Of a stretch of 64,000 nt of DNA, positions 51,442 to 64,000 are shown in pieces. Position numbers and translations under genes: made by a program. Source of the stretch: Lama glama. Lineage: Eukaryota. The notes beneath the pieces were generated by a model. That model was not told the origin of the DNA. It searched no databases and worked only from the letters and a program-made list of their open reading frames with translations. Every line of letters starts with the position of its first letter. The first letter of the stretch is position 1. The stretch covers positions 66,404,001 to 66,468,000 of the forward strand of contig CM052817.1 of assembly GCA_028534125.1 (NCBI GenBank), written 5' to 3'.

Positions 51442-54400
51442 GATTAGGATTAAAGAATTCAGTTAAATGCAAGGAAGGATAAGAAGTGAAGAAAGCCTCA
51501 GTAACAACATCAAAAAGTGTTACTGCTGGGAAATCCCTTCACACCTTTCTAGTATGTGGTCTCATTTCAAACTAGAAAACAAGAAGTATAATAACCCACT
51601 ATGAGAATAATATAATTCAGTGTCTAAATATCTGGACATCTTCTTCAAAGGAAAAATTCTCTGATAATAAATAGCCAGGAAGAAGAAAAATATTTTTTCA
51701 CTTTTACAATAGATTGCCACTTCAGGAAAGAATTAGTTTTGGTCTCTCAAGGAATCTAGAATCTAAAAGTCGAAATAAAGCCAACAGAATTAGCAAAAGC
51801 ATCCAGTCTGCAAGGGCACAAGGAATTAGCCATGGCAGCTGCAACAGGGCAACAGCCAACAGCCTCAGCCGTCCAGTTATTGGAACATCGAGTCAGCGTG
51901 AGGCTCTTATAATCTCTACTGAGTGGGGTGATAATACTGAGGTTGTCAATGTGCTGCTAGAAAAAAGAATGCAAGAGAAGAAGTCAGTGGATCCAAGAGT
52001 TTAATATATTGAGAAACTAGAAACCAACTGTGGCTCGCATTTTTTTTGTCATTCTGTAACAGAGGAAAAAATCAGAAACCTGCGATTACACGCTGCTGGT
52101 AGCATTCTAACTGAAAAAGCATCTCAGTGTGAGAATTGCTAAGTGCCTCTTTCCCGAGAACAAACGTGAACCAAGAGGTAACCCAGCATTTCAGACTGTA
52201 TCATTTCCTTAGGAGAGAAACTAGGGGAAAAATAAAGTTACAAAAGATGTGTTTGACACTGAGGAACAAGACCAAAATGAGTGAAAACATTTCTAAAATA
52301 TCTGTTCATAAATGCATTGGCAAAGTTAAAAATACATGGACGACTCAGTTACCACCTCTGTGTATGTGATCACCACACATTTTCCTTTCTTTGTGAAAAC
52401 AGTGTCTACCAATCCTCAACCAAATAGCACCAATATTGTATGAATTATGAGTACAGTTCACATCTATTTTTAAGCATATAGATGTTCCTTTCTATGAGAT
52501 TTCTGCTCTCTGAGAAAATGAGTAGGGAAACAAAGGTGATTTTTTGATACGTATATGTATAACCTTGCCTATGACGTCTGCGTAATTTTTAGCAATGACT
52601 TTATGTGACCTTAAAAGGAAGAGGAGAGTCTAACTAAGAGGGAAGACTATGGGGTCAGATCTGGGATTGAATTCCAGCTCTGGCACTTTAAACTTCTAAA
52701 ACCCAGATTCCTCATTTGTGAAATTTGGTTAAAGCCACATTGTTTTGAGAACCAAGAGACATGAACATTGTGAAACACTTACATACTGGTTGCCATATAG
52801 AAAGCTTATAGAAAGCTTAAAACAGAGTAGCTGTTAACAGCAACGGTAATAAAGGAATAAACAAGTAAGTAAAGGAGCTAAACTGTTAGCTCATTACTTT
52901 AAAAAAAGAGTTGTGTTCTCATTCAGTACTTGAAACAGAACAAAACTAGAATAATTTTTGAACTTTAGTAGAAGACTTTTAGATATTCTAGCACAAAGTC
53001 TTATTCAATAAAGTAGTTTAAAAAAAAACAGCCCATAATTTTAAACACATTTTTGTTTTTATTTTTCCATTTACCAGGATCATAGTGATATAAATTGTGG
53101 AAGTGAGCATCTGAAAATGTACTTAATTTTCTTGTGTGTCACAAATTTTATTCTATGTGTATTAGAGGAGACAGTGTCATAATATTGTATAGCTGGCAGA
53201 GACTTGACTATAATTATTCCAATGTCCTCATTTAGCTGAGATCATGCAAAGATCAGAAATACTGAGAATTGCCCAGGTTGCCCAGATAGCAAGGTGGGGA
53301 GTCAAGACGGCAGCCTCTGCCTCTCACTTCCAGTCCAGGGCTCTTCATGCAGGAAGACTGCTCCATACATGTGACTGATACAATTTTCTATCTGAAGACT
53401 AATCTTAGCAAATCTTTTTGTGCAGGGAGGAAATGAGCATTTTGTATTTCCACAGAACAAACTGGGATGCCTTTGAATATATGGACACTTAACTGGGGAG
53501 CAGAACCTGGAATGTGTATGTCTCTTTCTCCTCAAAATCTTGGTCAAAGTATATTTTGTGAAGAATATATATGGAGAAAGTATTTAGATACAAACGCATC
53601 AATTAGGACATTGTCTCCCCAGTGTATTGGTTTAATAAATTTATACTTTCTTAAGAACTGAATTCCTGAAAATAACTAACCAAGAGTTTACATGTACCCT
53701 GCAATAAAAACCCTCTATCTTCACCTTATTGTACTGAGGTGTCTTCGTAAACAGGCATTTGTAGAAGACAATAAACTTGTCAATATGATATTATTTCATT
53801 AATTAGATAAAATTTTTGCTCCATTATTTCAAATACAGGAAATCAACTTAAAGTTAATAATGAGGTGAAAGGCACTACTGGAAAGTGGATAAATATATCT
53901 AAAATCGTTTTCAAAATTTGCTGACATTTCAGATATTCTCCAAGTTTACTTCATTATGGTATAATATATAAAGCAAGTGCAGTTACATGAAAAAAAGTTA
54001 ACATTTTGATATTTTGATACTTGATATGTATGCCATTCCTAAAAAAAAACTGAGATAGTCAATACACAACCTTCCCATTTTTGTTCTTTTCTAAAAAGAA
54101 GGAGGGGGCATTTAGCCGTGATCTTCAAATTGAACTTCAAAAACATTTTTAACTTCACAAGGTAAATTACTAAATGAGAGATCCTTGAGAGAGGAACAGG
54201 CGTTTGTTTTAAGGCTCTGAGGGAAGGCTCTGAGGGAAACTCTTGAGTATTTCTCAGTCTTTAAAGCAAACAAGCAAACAAAGGACCTATTAAGATTTTT
54301 TTTTAAGGCCCAGTTCTAACCTGGAGCAGGAGTAGGAAGTAAAGTTCACACAGGATTTTAAAATCACTTTATAATTTATGAATCCGGCCTAAAATGGTCA

Positions 54401-54599
54401 AAATGCAGTATCAAAGCAAACAACTGTCCCTACTATGTGTCTATGTGTCTACATCTACACTTTTAACTCTGTCTTTCCTTACACATCTGTATCTATGTAT
54501 GTAGATCTCTTAGTCCCCTTTTCCAGCAAGTGTCTACTTCTGGTGGCCCTATTTCCTCCTGGAAGCCGGGGCAGAGTGGAAGCCGCCCAACAGGACAAA

Positions 54600-55210
54600 G
54601 GAGGGCTTCAGCCACAGGTAACCTAGCTCTAAAAATCTCCTAAGTGAAAAGGTGAGGCGGGAAAGGGACCAGAGAGAGGAGACACCGAAGTCGCCTGAAA
54701 AGGAGGCCGCAGCAAGCCCCTGGGCAGTTTCACTTCCGCAGGGCGCCCAGCGCCGCGAGCCCTGGCCCTGCGGCCCGCGCCTCCGGGCCGCGTTTCCGGG
54801 ATCTCGGCCGCAGCCGCCGCGGTGGGAAGCTGGTGAAGGACGGTCGGGGCCCCGGAGACCAGCTCGCGGAGAGCCTCGGGTCGGGAGAGGCCGGGCTCGC
54901 CGGACACCCGCCCAGGCGCCGGGACTCCAGCCGCCGCGATGCTGCCCGCAGCGCCGGGCAGGGCGGGCGAGAGCCGGGAGCGGCCCGCGCGCGGCCCAGC
55001 GCCCCCAGGTGGGTGCGCGCGCGGTCGGGCGGCGGGAGGGAGGCCAGCGCGCCTCGCGGCCGGCCGGGGGACCGCGGCTGCCGGCTGCCCTCGCGGGCTT
55101 CTTGGATGGGGGGACTCGGGACCCGACGAGGTGAGGGCGCTCTGAGTCTGGGCGGCGTGCCGTCGCCGGTGCCGCCACTGCTGGAACTTTCCAGAGCACC
55201 CCGGACAGGC
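54600..55210 (+). promoter_or_regulatory. CpG island promoter with first exon of a + strand gene
   Basis: Very GC- and CpG-dense block in an otherwise CpG-depleted window. ETS-like CACTTCCG at 54731-54738, NRF1-like TGCGCGCGC near 55015, and donor GAG|gtgagg at 55130/55131. Confidence 0.85.
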
Positions 55211-57499
55211 TCCCGTAGTTTCTAAAGTCACCTTGGAACGTGTTTTAAAATTATGTGCGTGTTTTAAGTTACGCATCAGCCTAAAAATTCTGTCAGCGTG
55301 TTGTAGCAAAACTGCCCATTGGCTCATTTACCTGCTGGTCTCAAAGAATCCGAACCGGTAAATTGCTACGATGGCCTGTGACCTGCTAGTCAGACAGGCT
55401 ACTTTATGTCAAACTCCTTGCAACTCAGATTTTGCTAACTTGTTAAAAGGAAAAGCAGTCAATTCAGTTGAAGACATAAATGCATTCACAGGTCAAATGG
55501 AAATTAAGGCAGTTGTTTTCAGTTCTTTTTGAAGTATGCCACATGAATTTGTGGATTGTATAGTAAGTATAAAAATGTTCAGTTTTGAAAATCTTCACTT
55601 GGATATTAGGATTATTGGAGATTTTCACACTGAGATAGGTAATGAGAAAATCTGAGTGAAATTCTGTTAATTTGCTAAGTAGAATTTCTCATAGCTTACT
55701 GGCATTTTTTTAAGAAATGGAATTATGGCTTTAGCTGTTTCTTTTTGCTCGTGTGTGTTTTCATATATAGATTTTATAAGACTGCTTTTGCATGAAAATG
55801 GAAAGTGCATTTGTGACAGTGGAAAATGACAAGAAAGGAATTGATATCTTAATATGTTAACTTTCTAAATATTGAACATTGACATTCTTGAAAACTCTGG
55901 CTCTGATGGGCTGCATCTTTGCTTGCATCTGTAGTTAGAGCAACCATGTCTTTTGAACCTTGAGCAGGTTAACTTTTCTGTAATTTCAGTTGAACCATTT
56001 AGTTGAATAGAATCAACTATAATTTGTTTCAGACTTTTAGATGGAGCAGTTTAGCCAGAAAGTGACTTTTATTTCACTTAATACTAAAGTAATTCTTTGA
56101 GGTGTTTGCTATTGTGAATAACGCTAGAGTGATGTGAACCAACTTTTATCCTCCTCTGATTGTTTCTGTTCCTCCTGTGCATCTTCCCCCATCTTCTTTG
56201 GTCCTTTCAGTATGGTATTTATCACTTGCTTCATTTACCTCTTTATTTGGCTCAGGTAATGAAAGTTTTCTTATAATAAGCTAGCTTTTGTTATTAACCC
56301 ATGCCATTCCTAGATATAAAGAGTCTTCTAAAAGAACTAGTTCCCATTAATATTTTTTGTAAATGGAGAGCTTATTTTGTGTGACTGCTCTCTCTGCTTT
56401 GGCCAAGTGTCTCTACAGCATCGTAGACGCTGGCGTAATGTGACACATTAAGCGTCAGTTAGTCTAACTGCCTCATTTTAGACTGAGAAAAATAAGACCC
56501 AAGGAGTGATTTGTCCACAGTCCCATAACAAAAAATTATTTGAAGATTTCATTCATCACTTCACCACCAATCTTTTACTCACCCACCCCATGAGTTGTGT
56601 AGTAATATGAGCGTAAAGTGGGCCAACACAATCTAAAGTGATAAGCACACTTTCATACCTATGAAGATATATTCCTAGCAGTAGGTATATGGTGTACTTG
56701 TAATGACAGCATCTGTGTCTTCTGCTGTCCGAGCAACCTATGAATGTCCAGCTTGTCTTTTAAGGAAGCAGGAAAGATATACCCAGTAGTAAGACAGTGT
56801 GACAGTGATGCACAGTGGATGAAAATTCCATTTAGGCTGTGTTGTCTGGTGTATGTTTAACTAGTCACTGTTCACTAATGTCCAAAAGAAAAACGTTTTT
56901 CTTCACTTTATTCCAAAATTAATGTTTGTTTAAATTTAATTTTAACTGCTCCCTCCAATGAGGACTGTTTATTTATTAAAGCACAGATTATTCCCTGCCC
57001 CATAGTTTGTGTATTTTTTGATTAATATAATATGATACCTCTGATGAAGGGAGAGATAAATTGTTAGGTTAAAAGCAGAATGCATCTGTCTTACCATGGG
57101 CTAGGTGCTTGTACATAGCTTGTGAGGCACATGGCTTGTCGAAGTCTTTCTTCTCTGTCTTGAAGTTCTTGAAGATTTGAAGCTTTTTACTCTTACTACA
57201 GCCTTCCAACACAGCCAACAACCTAGATTTCTCCTACCAGGAAAATACCCTTGTTTAACTCTGTGGCTGGTAAAACTTGCTTTCTGCAGACAGTTAGAAA
57301 GATTCTCATAAGCTCACATTTGCTGAGATTTTAAAGAGAGGTGGCTCTCTCAGGGCCTTTTTATTTTAATATGAAATAATTGTATAATATTTAATTGCTT
57401 AGGATTTCAGGCATACACAGCAGCATACTGGGCCATACACTAGGGGTAGCAGAGGGACTTTTCCGGCCACATCTATCTGAACACGGATTGTAGGTGATT

Positions 57500-57750
57500 G
57501 TGCCCTACGTATGATGGCTTCTGGACTCAGACTGCTTCAAATCCAGTCCAGCTTCATTGCTTATCTGCTTCATGATCTTAGATTAATAAATCTGTCATTG
57601 TCTCAGTTTGCTCATTAAAAAGGCAAAAGTGGGTAGAACAACATTTATTTGAAAGAATAGTTTTGAGGATTAAAAGAGAACATGCATGTGAAGTGCTTTT
57701 CAGAGTGCCTTAGAAAATTATGATTATTTAATACATGTTAGCTATTGTTT
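57500..57750 (+). mobile_element. MIR SINE
   Basis: ggcttctggactcagactgc...tctcagtttgctcatt...tgtgaagtgct. Confidence 0.7.
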
Positions 57751-57788
57751 TAATCTTTGGTCATTGGTCAATAGTGTTATATTTACAG

Positions 57789-57941
57789 GTAAAAGACAGA
57801 GTTCTTATTGAGAAACTGGCTCATGCTGACTTGGGGAAAAACTTCAAAGGATGAAGCCATCAAAAAATATATGGGAGTGTGGCTTCCTGTAGAAAGACAT
57901 TACCTTAATCTTGGGGAAATAGTGTGATTAATAGTTCTGAG
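57789..57941 (+). other. Probable non-coding 5'UTR exon with a 34-codon uORF (57823-57927)
   Basis: Acceptor tatatttacag|G and donor GAG|gtgagg. The uORF reads MLTWGKTSKDEAIKKYMGVWLPVERHYLNLGEIV*. Confidence 0.55.
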
Positions 57942-60246
57942 GTGAGGAAAAAAAGGAATCCACAATTAGAATAACTAAGGATAGACTGATTAAAAGGATA
58001 TTAGGCTAGGGCAGTTACAGGGAAGAATAAAATGGGAATTTAATAGGACAAAATGAAAGCAGGTTTTATTTCCCCATATCACAGAGTACTAATTGTGACC
58101 CAGTTTAAAAAATGTATGTGAAACAAATAAGCATCAAACAGAAAACTGTGAGATATTTTGTCAAATTATAAGAAGATGGAGGATCTATTTTACCAAAATA
58201 TTTACTGCTGGGTTAAAAAAAATCCAGTATAAAGAGCATCGTTCCTGCTAAGTATAAATCACATGTTTTAAGAATTTAAATGGCTATTATCTGATCATCT
58301 AACTTATAGTGGCTATTTTATTACTTTCTTTATATATTGTACAATATCTTAACAGTAATTTTGGAGACAGCTCTAAAATAAGAATAGGAAGGACAAACAT
58401 TCCAGAAGTTATTATTTAAACCTAAGTTGTTATATGGCCTTGTAATTCTTTCCTGTTTTAATAAAAAGAATCGTATCTGAGTTTTACTGCAGACATTGAA
58501 ACAGTCCAGGTGGTGAAAATATCAGATATCGTATGGAATTATACCCTTCTGTATTTATTTTTCACTCAGAGAAAAATAATGAGCCTTTTAGACCTTTACC
58601 GCTGGACAGAAATTTCTTTGTTGCTTCCAACTGCTGCACATTGAGATAATCCAGAAAGACCACTTCCCTTTGTAATTATGAGAAGTAATTCATCATTGCC
58701 TTGTGGTCTTTTATAAGATTTTCTTTGTATCCAGGTCATTAAAATAAATTTTATTTTATCATATTAACTAAGTGTCATATTTTCCTTTAAGTTCTTGCAC
58801 CACTTTTCCCTATTAGTAATTCCCATTGTTTCATTTTAAATGTGCTCTGTTTTAAAGGAAGACATACTGCAAAGTACAAGAACAGTTCCTGACCTGGAAT
58901 TTCATTTACTATATGCCTAAATTTTTTGGTCATGATTCACACTGAAGGCTAAGCCTTATCCTTTGGTTAAGATCAATATTTTCATTCCCTTTTTTGTTCC
59001 ACCTTAGCTGTATGATCATGTCTAACTGTCAGAAGAACAGCATAGTGTCAGGACACTTGAAATTTTGGCCTTCTTTTAACAGCTACCATTTACTGTGTTT
59101 CTACTTTGAATTCATATGATCTGAATATCACATTACCTTGATACCTGCTTTGGACAAGGAGTTATATTGTTCCATATAATTGTATGACAACATTTAATAA
59201 CTCATTGTGTTCTTTCATTTCCTATAAGATCTTTTTGAAACTGTTAAAAGAAGCTTTGGGGGGATTGGGTGAAGGGTGGAGAAACACCAACATCAAAGAT
59301 ACGGAGAAATGTATCATATCAAAGTGATATGATTCTATAAAGTCGTGCTACTAGAATGACTAATACAGAGTATTTCTTGTGACTGTATGAAGAATCCCTA
59401 AAATTCATGCATTTTCTACATAGGCTAATCACATTTTATTTAGATTTAGGAGACTGATATAATTTAAAAATCTCAGGAGACAACTATAGTTTTAATACAA
59501 TTCATAAACTACTGAGTCACTACTGGGAAAGTGAGTGAGATAAAACGGAGGCAAAAATCTATTTTGATTTCAATCAAGGAGATGATTTCCTTAATTTTCT
59601 CATTGCTTTTCAATAAGAGTTTAGAACTTTCACTATTCTGGGCACTTACTTGTAGACCAGAGACCCTTCCTTTAATATGTCCTGTCCATCCATACCCATG
59701 TGAAATGGGTAGAACCATGGATGATAGCCCAGATTTCAGAAACTGCCCCTTTGGCCAAGAATAGACACTTGTTTCAAAGGCAGCCAGCCTGTTGACTGCT
59801 TAATGGCCAGTGATGTATGTTGTCTGTCATTTAAAGATTTGTTGGATTCAACGAAGCCCTTCTTTCCTTTCAAACAAGAGATAATGAGACTGTTGTCAGC
59901 GGAAGGTCAATGTGTGATGATATACAATAGAGGATGACAGCCAGTTGACTCATGTGCAAGATGGGTAATTAGGAAGAAGACAAGAAGAGAGAATTAAGAA
60001 GGCTGAAAAACAGAGGGGTTGTCTTAGTTTCTGACTTTCCTTTTCTAGGCCATGTAAGACCTGGCTGCACTTGTTTTTCTGGTATTATCTGTTCATGAAA
60101 TGCCTGTGGCATCCTTGCAATGACTTTCTCTTTAGTTTGAATTTCTCTTTTTTGGAGGAAAAAGAAAAAAAGAGTTTGTGTTAGAATATCTTTATTTCTC
60201 AAAAACTGCCCCTTCTGTTCCCATAAACTTCTTTCTTCTCTCTTAG

Positions 60247-60354
60247 AAAGTTGTTATTGTCAAAATGATGTCTTCTATGCATCTTTCATTGAAAGTTAAA
60301 CAATCTGAGAATTGATCTATTCCTGTTATACACTGAAAATAGGATGCCTAACGA
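60247..60354 (+). other. Probable 5' exon; ends in ATG CCT AAC GA (possible start codon or uORF)
   Basis: Strong acceptor ttctttcttctctcttag|A and donor GA|gtaagt. ATG at 60344. Confidence 0.55.
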
Positions 60355-61129
60355 GTAAGTCTTGTGGTTCTCCTAATAAGAATATTTGGAGTTTTCTAGC
60401 TTTATTATTGCAGTTTGAAGAAACTCCATTCAGTTATTTTTGTTTCTAAACTTGAAGTCTCTGTATTTGATAAGAAAATAATTCACACAAAAGTTAATAT
60501 TATAAGAGTTAAGCACTGTTATGAGGTCTAGAGTTTTGAATCATGTGGTTATAAAATTATATTAATTATAAAATTTAACCATACTTTTTATGTTTTGTTA
60601 ATACAATGGTTTTAAATAGCTGAAAAATTTATAGCATGTTGTTTCTGACAGATTTTTAAAAAGTATTTAAATTGAGGCATAGAGAGTGAGAGGATGCTTA
60701 TGGCATTTATCTTAGTAAAAGAGGAAGAGAAGATATATAAGTGTCATACTTTACTAGCTGTTATCTGAATCCCCCTGGCATATGATGAAAAGTAGCACCA
60801 CTGACAGGCAGTTGTGAAACCTTTATACACACTATCAATGTGAACACTGTGTAATCAACATTGTGCTTCAGAGATTGGTCCTTAAGATATTTTTTAGTAA
60901 TGGAGTAGAAAGTTTAGGATCCTCATTAAGTTACAGATGATATGTTAACAATGAGGCTAATGATCACCTTGGAAAACAAGATCAGAATTCAGTGTGCTCT
61001 TACTAAACTGGGAAGATAGGCACTAATTAATGGAGTTCAGGTGTGATCAATTAAGTGTAATGATGTAGGTGAAGGAAGAAGACTCAGGATGATAAAAATT
61101 TTTCAACTTTTGACAAGGCTACATTCACA

Positions 61130-62290
61130 GTCTTATAATGAGCAAGGGGGAGAGTTGTAGAAGTAGCAGCTGGAAAAGTACACCAAAACTAAGCTACATA
61201 AATCTGTGTGAAAAGTCCCCGAAGTATAATGAGTTGCCATTGAAGAGTTTTAAAACAGAAGCATGACATGATTGAGTTTTTACTTTTAGATCACATGAAA
61301 GGTTCTTATTCTTCTAAATCACCTTCTAAATCAATCAAGATGAAAATAAAAAGAGTTTACAACTGGGAAAAAAAAAAAAGAGAGAGAGATGATCACCTGA
61401 GCTGTACAATGAATTGGAACAGGTCAACAATGGGAGTTTTTGAGCAGTTGAGTTTACCAACCAGTAAGATATAGGGAGAAGTGGATCTGTTTATTAAGAA
61501 CTAATACTTACACACTTTTTGTGGTATAGTAGTAGATATAGAGTCTGAGGGGGAAAGAGATGTAAAGAATCAGTCTTAGGTTTGTGGCGTGGAAAACTGG
61601 GAGGGAAACAAAGTTGCCATTTACTCCAATGGAAAAGATTGAAGGAGCAGTAGGAAGTGGTACAGGCATGAGAATATCCAGTGTCAGTTTTGGATACGTT
61701 ATATGTGGGGTGTCTGAGAAATAGTCAGGTAGCAATATCAAGCAAGCATTTCATATGATCTGGAGCTCATAAAGGCAGTTCTGGCTAGAGATATAAAACT
61801 GGGGGAAATACAGAATATAAACTGCATCAGTAAATAAGGTAACAGAAAAAGAGCTTAAGTAGAAAGAAAAGATGACCCAGGATAAAGACCTATGTAAAAC
61901 AAACATTTAAGCATTGACAGAGCAGGAGTGGTTACCCAATATGATTAAGGAGAGGCTAAAAAGAAAAGGAAGACATAAAAGAGTATATTGGCAAGAATTC
62001 AAAAATAAAATGTGTGGGGAAGGTGGCAGTGGTGAACTGGCTCAAATTCTGGGAATAGATCAGGTAAATAAAATTGAGGACTGAAATTTAGCCACTGGAT
62101 TTGGCACCAGGAAGCTTACAGATGCCCTTAGGGAGAAAAGTAAGTAGCTTTAGTGGAGGGGATGGGAGTGGAAGGGTGGAGGGAGATGAGGATGTGGACA
62201 CTGTGTGGGGACTTTTGAAAGCATGACTACCAGAGTGTAGAAAGGAAGCAGCCACTGCAAAATATGTAGATCAAGGAAAGGATTTAATTG
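61130..62290 (-). mobile_element. L2 LINE fragment
   Basis: gagttgccattgaagagttttaa..., ggagctcataaagg...tggctagagatataaa, ccactggatttggca. Confidence 0.75.
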
Positions 62291-63006
62291 TTCTCCAAAG
62301 CTTATAGCATCTCATCAAAGGGGATTTTCTCCTATGAAAACTTTCAGAGACAAGTTCCATAAATTAGGGACACATTTTAATGTAGAGATTTTCTTATGTG
62401 TTTATCCTGCCTCATTCCCTCTCTTCCTTCTCTTCCCTTGTTTCTAGGGTGCCTCCTCCACCTCCTCTCCTCCTCTTCTGGTGCTTCTTTCGCTTTCCCT
62501 CTCCTCACTTCCTTCTCTCTGTACGCATGGACGTTAATGGAAAATCACTTGTATTCCTTTTTATGGGAGCTTTGTTTCAATGCTAGATTATTCCATAGCT
62601 CTACTTTCTGTTGATCGTCTCTTCCTTTTTATCCAAATTGGAATTCATGCATCACTATTACAGTCACACGTTTGCATATGCTTCAACTCCCAACCATCTC
62701 TTTTTCTGTCGTACCCACTTGATAAAACTCCAACCCCAAATAAGTCTATCCAACTGCCTTTTTCCTGTCTGAATCCAAGTAACTGAACGTGGCTAAATAA
62801 AAATACGTTCAGGCGTGTTGGTGTGGTTACAGATTTTGACAGTTCTTGTCACGTATTACTTGTGTCATAGAAGATTTTGATAGTAAATGACAGTGAGCTC
62901 AAAATGGTATTCCCTGACCAGAGTGTGGAGTGCAGATTTGTTCTGTGATGTCAGATTAGTGAAAGCTTACATAATTTCTGTATGCTGATGGGCAAAAAAC
63001 ACCATA

Positions 63007-63324
63007 CAGTGCTGCCCAGCGCTGTATCCACTAGGTATGTGGCTCTTCAGCACTTGAAATATAGCTAATTCAAATTGAAATGTGCTGTAAATGTGAAAAC
63101 ACACTAGTTTTCAAAGACTTGGCACAAAAAGAATTTAAAATCTCTCAGTAGTTTCATATTGATTACATGCTGGAAAGTATTTTGAATTTATTGAATTAAA
63201 TAAACTATTGTAATTGATTTCACCTACTTCTTTTTATTTATTGTAATGTAGCTGTTGAAAAATTAAAATTACATATGTGGTTTGTGTTTGTGATTTGTAG
63301 TATATTTTCTGTTGGATAGCACTG
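63007..63324. mobile_element. MER33-like hAT-Charlie element
   Basis: Terminal inverted repeats CAGTGCTG / TAGCACTG; internal tgtgctgtaaatgtgaaaacacac...ttcaaagact. Confidence 0.8.
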
Positions 63325-64000
63325 CTCTAAGCTTTCAGAAAAATCCCAGTGAAATCTGTTAAAGATCTGATTTCTCCCTAATGAAATACTGTTTTATAAA
63401 TATTACCAGATAACTGTCATAAAAATGCTAACATAATTCACAATTCCTCCCACAGTTTAGAGACCCTCAGTCCATTCAGGCCCACCCACAGGAGGTGTTT
63501 TAATAGTGATATTTCACTATTATTTTAATGTTAACTAAAATTTAACAAGTAGTTTTCTATCATTTACTCATCTTCTATTGTGTCTTTTGTCTTAATAATT
63601 TGCAGGCTACTATTACATATTGAAGATTTAAACTTGTATGTCACAAATATTTATCTTTAAGTGATTTTGATTTTGGTATTTGTTGCCACTGAATATATTT
63701 TAATGCTCAGTGGCTCAAATATACTTATATTTTCTTTCATAGCTCTGTTTCCTATCTTGGCTGGAGGAGTCTTATGAATTCCTAAAGGACCAATGTAATT
63801 TTCTACATTTTTCTAAGGTTTTAATTTTTATACTTACATATAGTATACCTGGGATTTATTTTTGTGTATAGCATGAGGCTGAAACTCAAGTTGTTTTGTT
63901 TTTTTTAAAAAGAAGGGCAGGTAATTGAGAAATCAACCTTTATTAAATGAACCCTACTCTTCCAAATGAATTGAAGTACAACCATTGCTATATAGCAAAG

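Noticed and set aside
54549..55327. Several 130-232 aa ORFs on both strands
   Set aside because: Low-complexity Arg/Pro/Ala/Gly ORFs expected from the scarcity of stop codons in a CpG island; no recognisable domain.
54600..64000. Assigning a gene symbol to the + strand gene
   Set aside because: No recognisable coding sequence in the window; any name would be a guess.

Overview
AT-rich mammalian genomic DNA with one 500-N gap. It is probably camelid, judged by two tRNA-derived SINEs of the camelid type and young artiodactyl-type L1 ends. About half of the window is recognisable transposon debris (L1, L2, MIR, MaLR/ERVL/ERV1 LTRs, MER2B, MER20, MER33, a Mam_R4 fossil). I found no intact protein-coding exon. 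A CpG-island promoter at about 54.6-55.2 kb starts a + strand gene, of which only uORF-containing, apparently non-coding 5' exons lie in the window; I could not identify this gene. The main result comes from hand translation of the unique DNA between the repeats. It suggests a heavily decayed, multi-exon unitary pseudogene on the - strand (about 33.2 kb to 4.1 kb). Its exon remnants mostly keep AG/GT splice sites and read in order as a TIR-like domain, six to nine fibronectin type-III repeats, a ZU5/UPA-like region and a death-domain-like C-terminus. I know of no described mammalian gene with this architecture. All domain and repeat-family calls are by-eye motif matches and need HMM, BLAST or Dfam confirmation.
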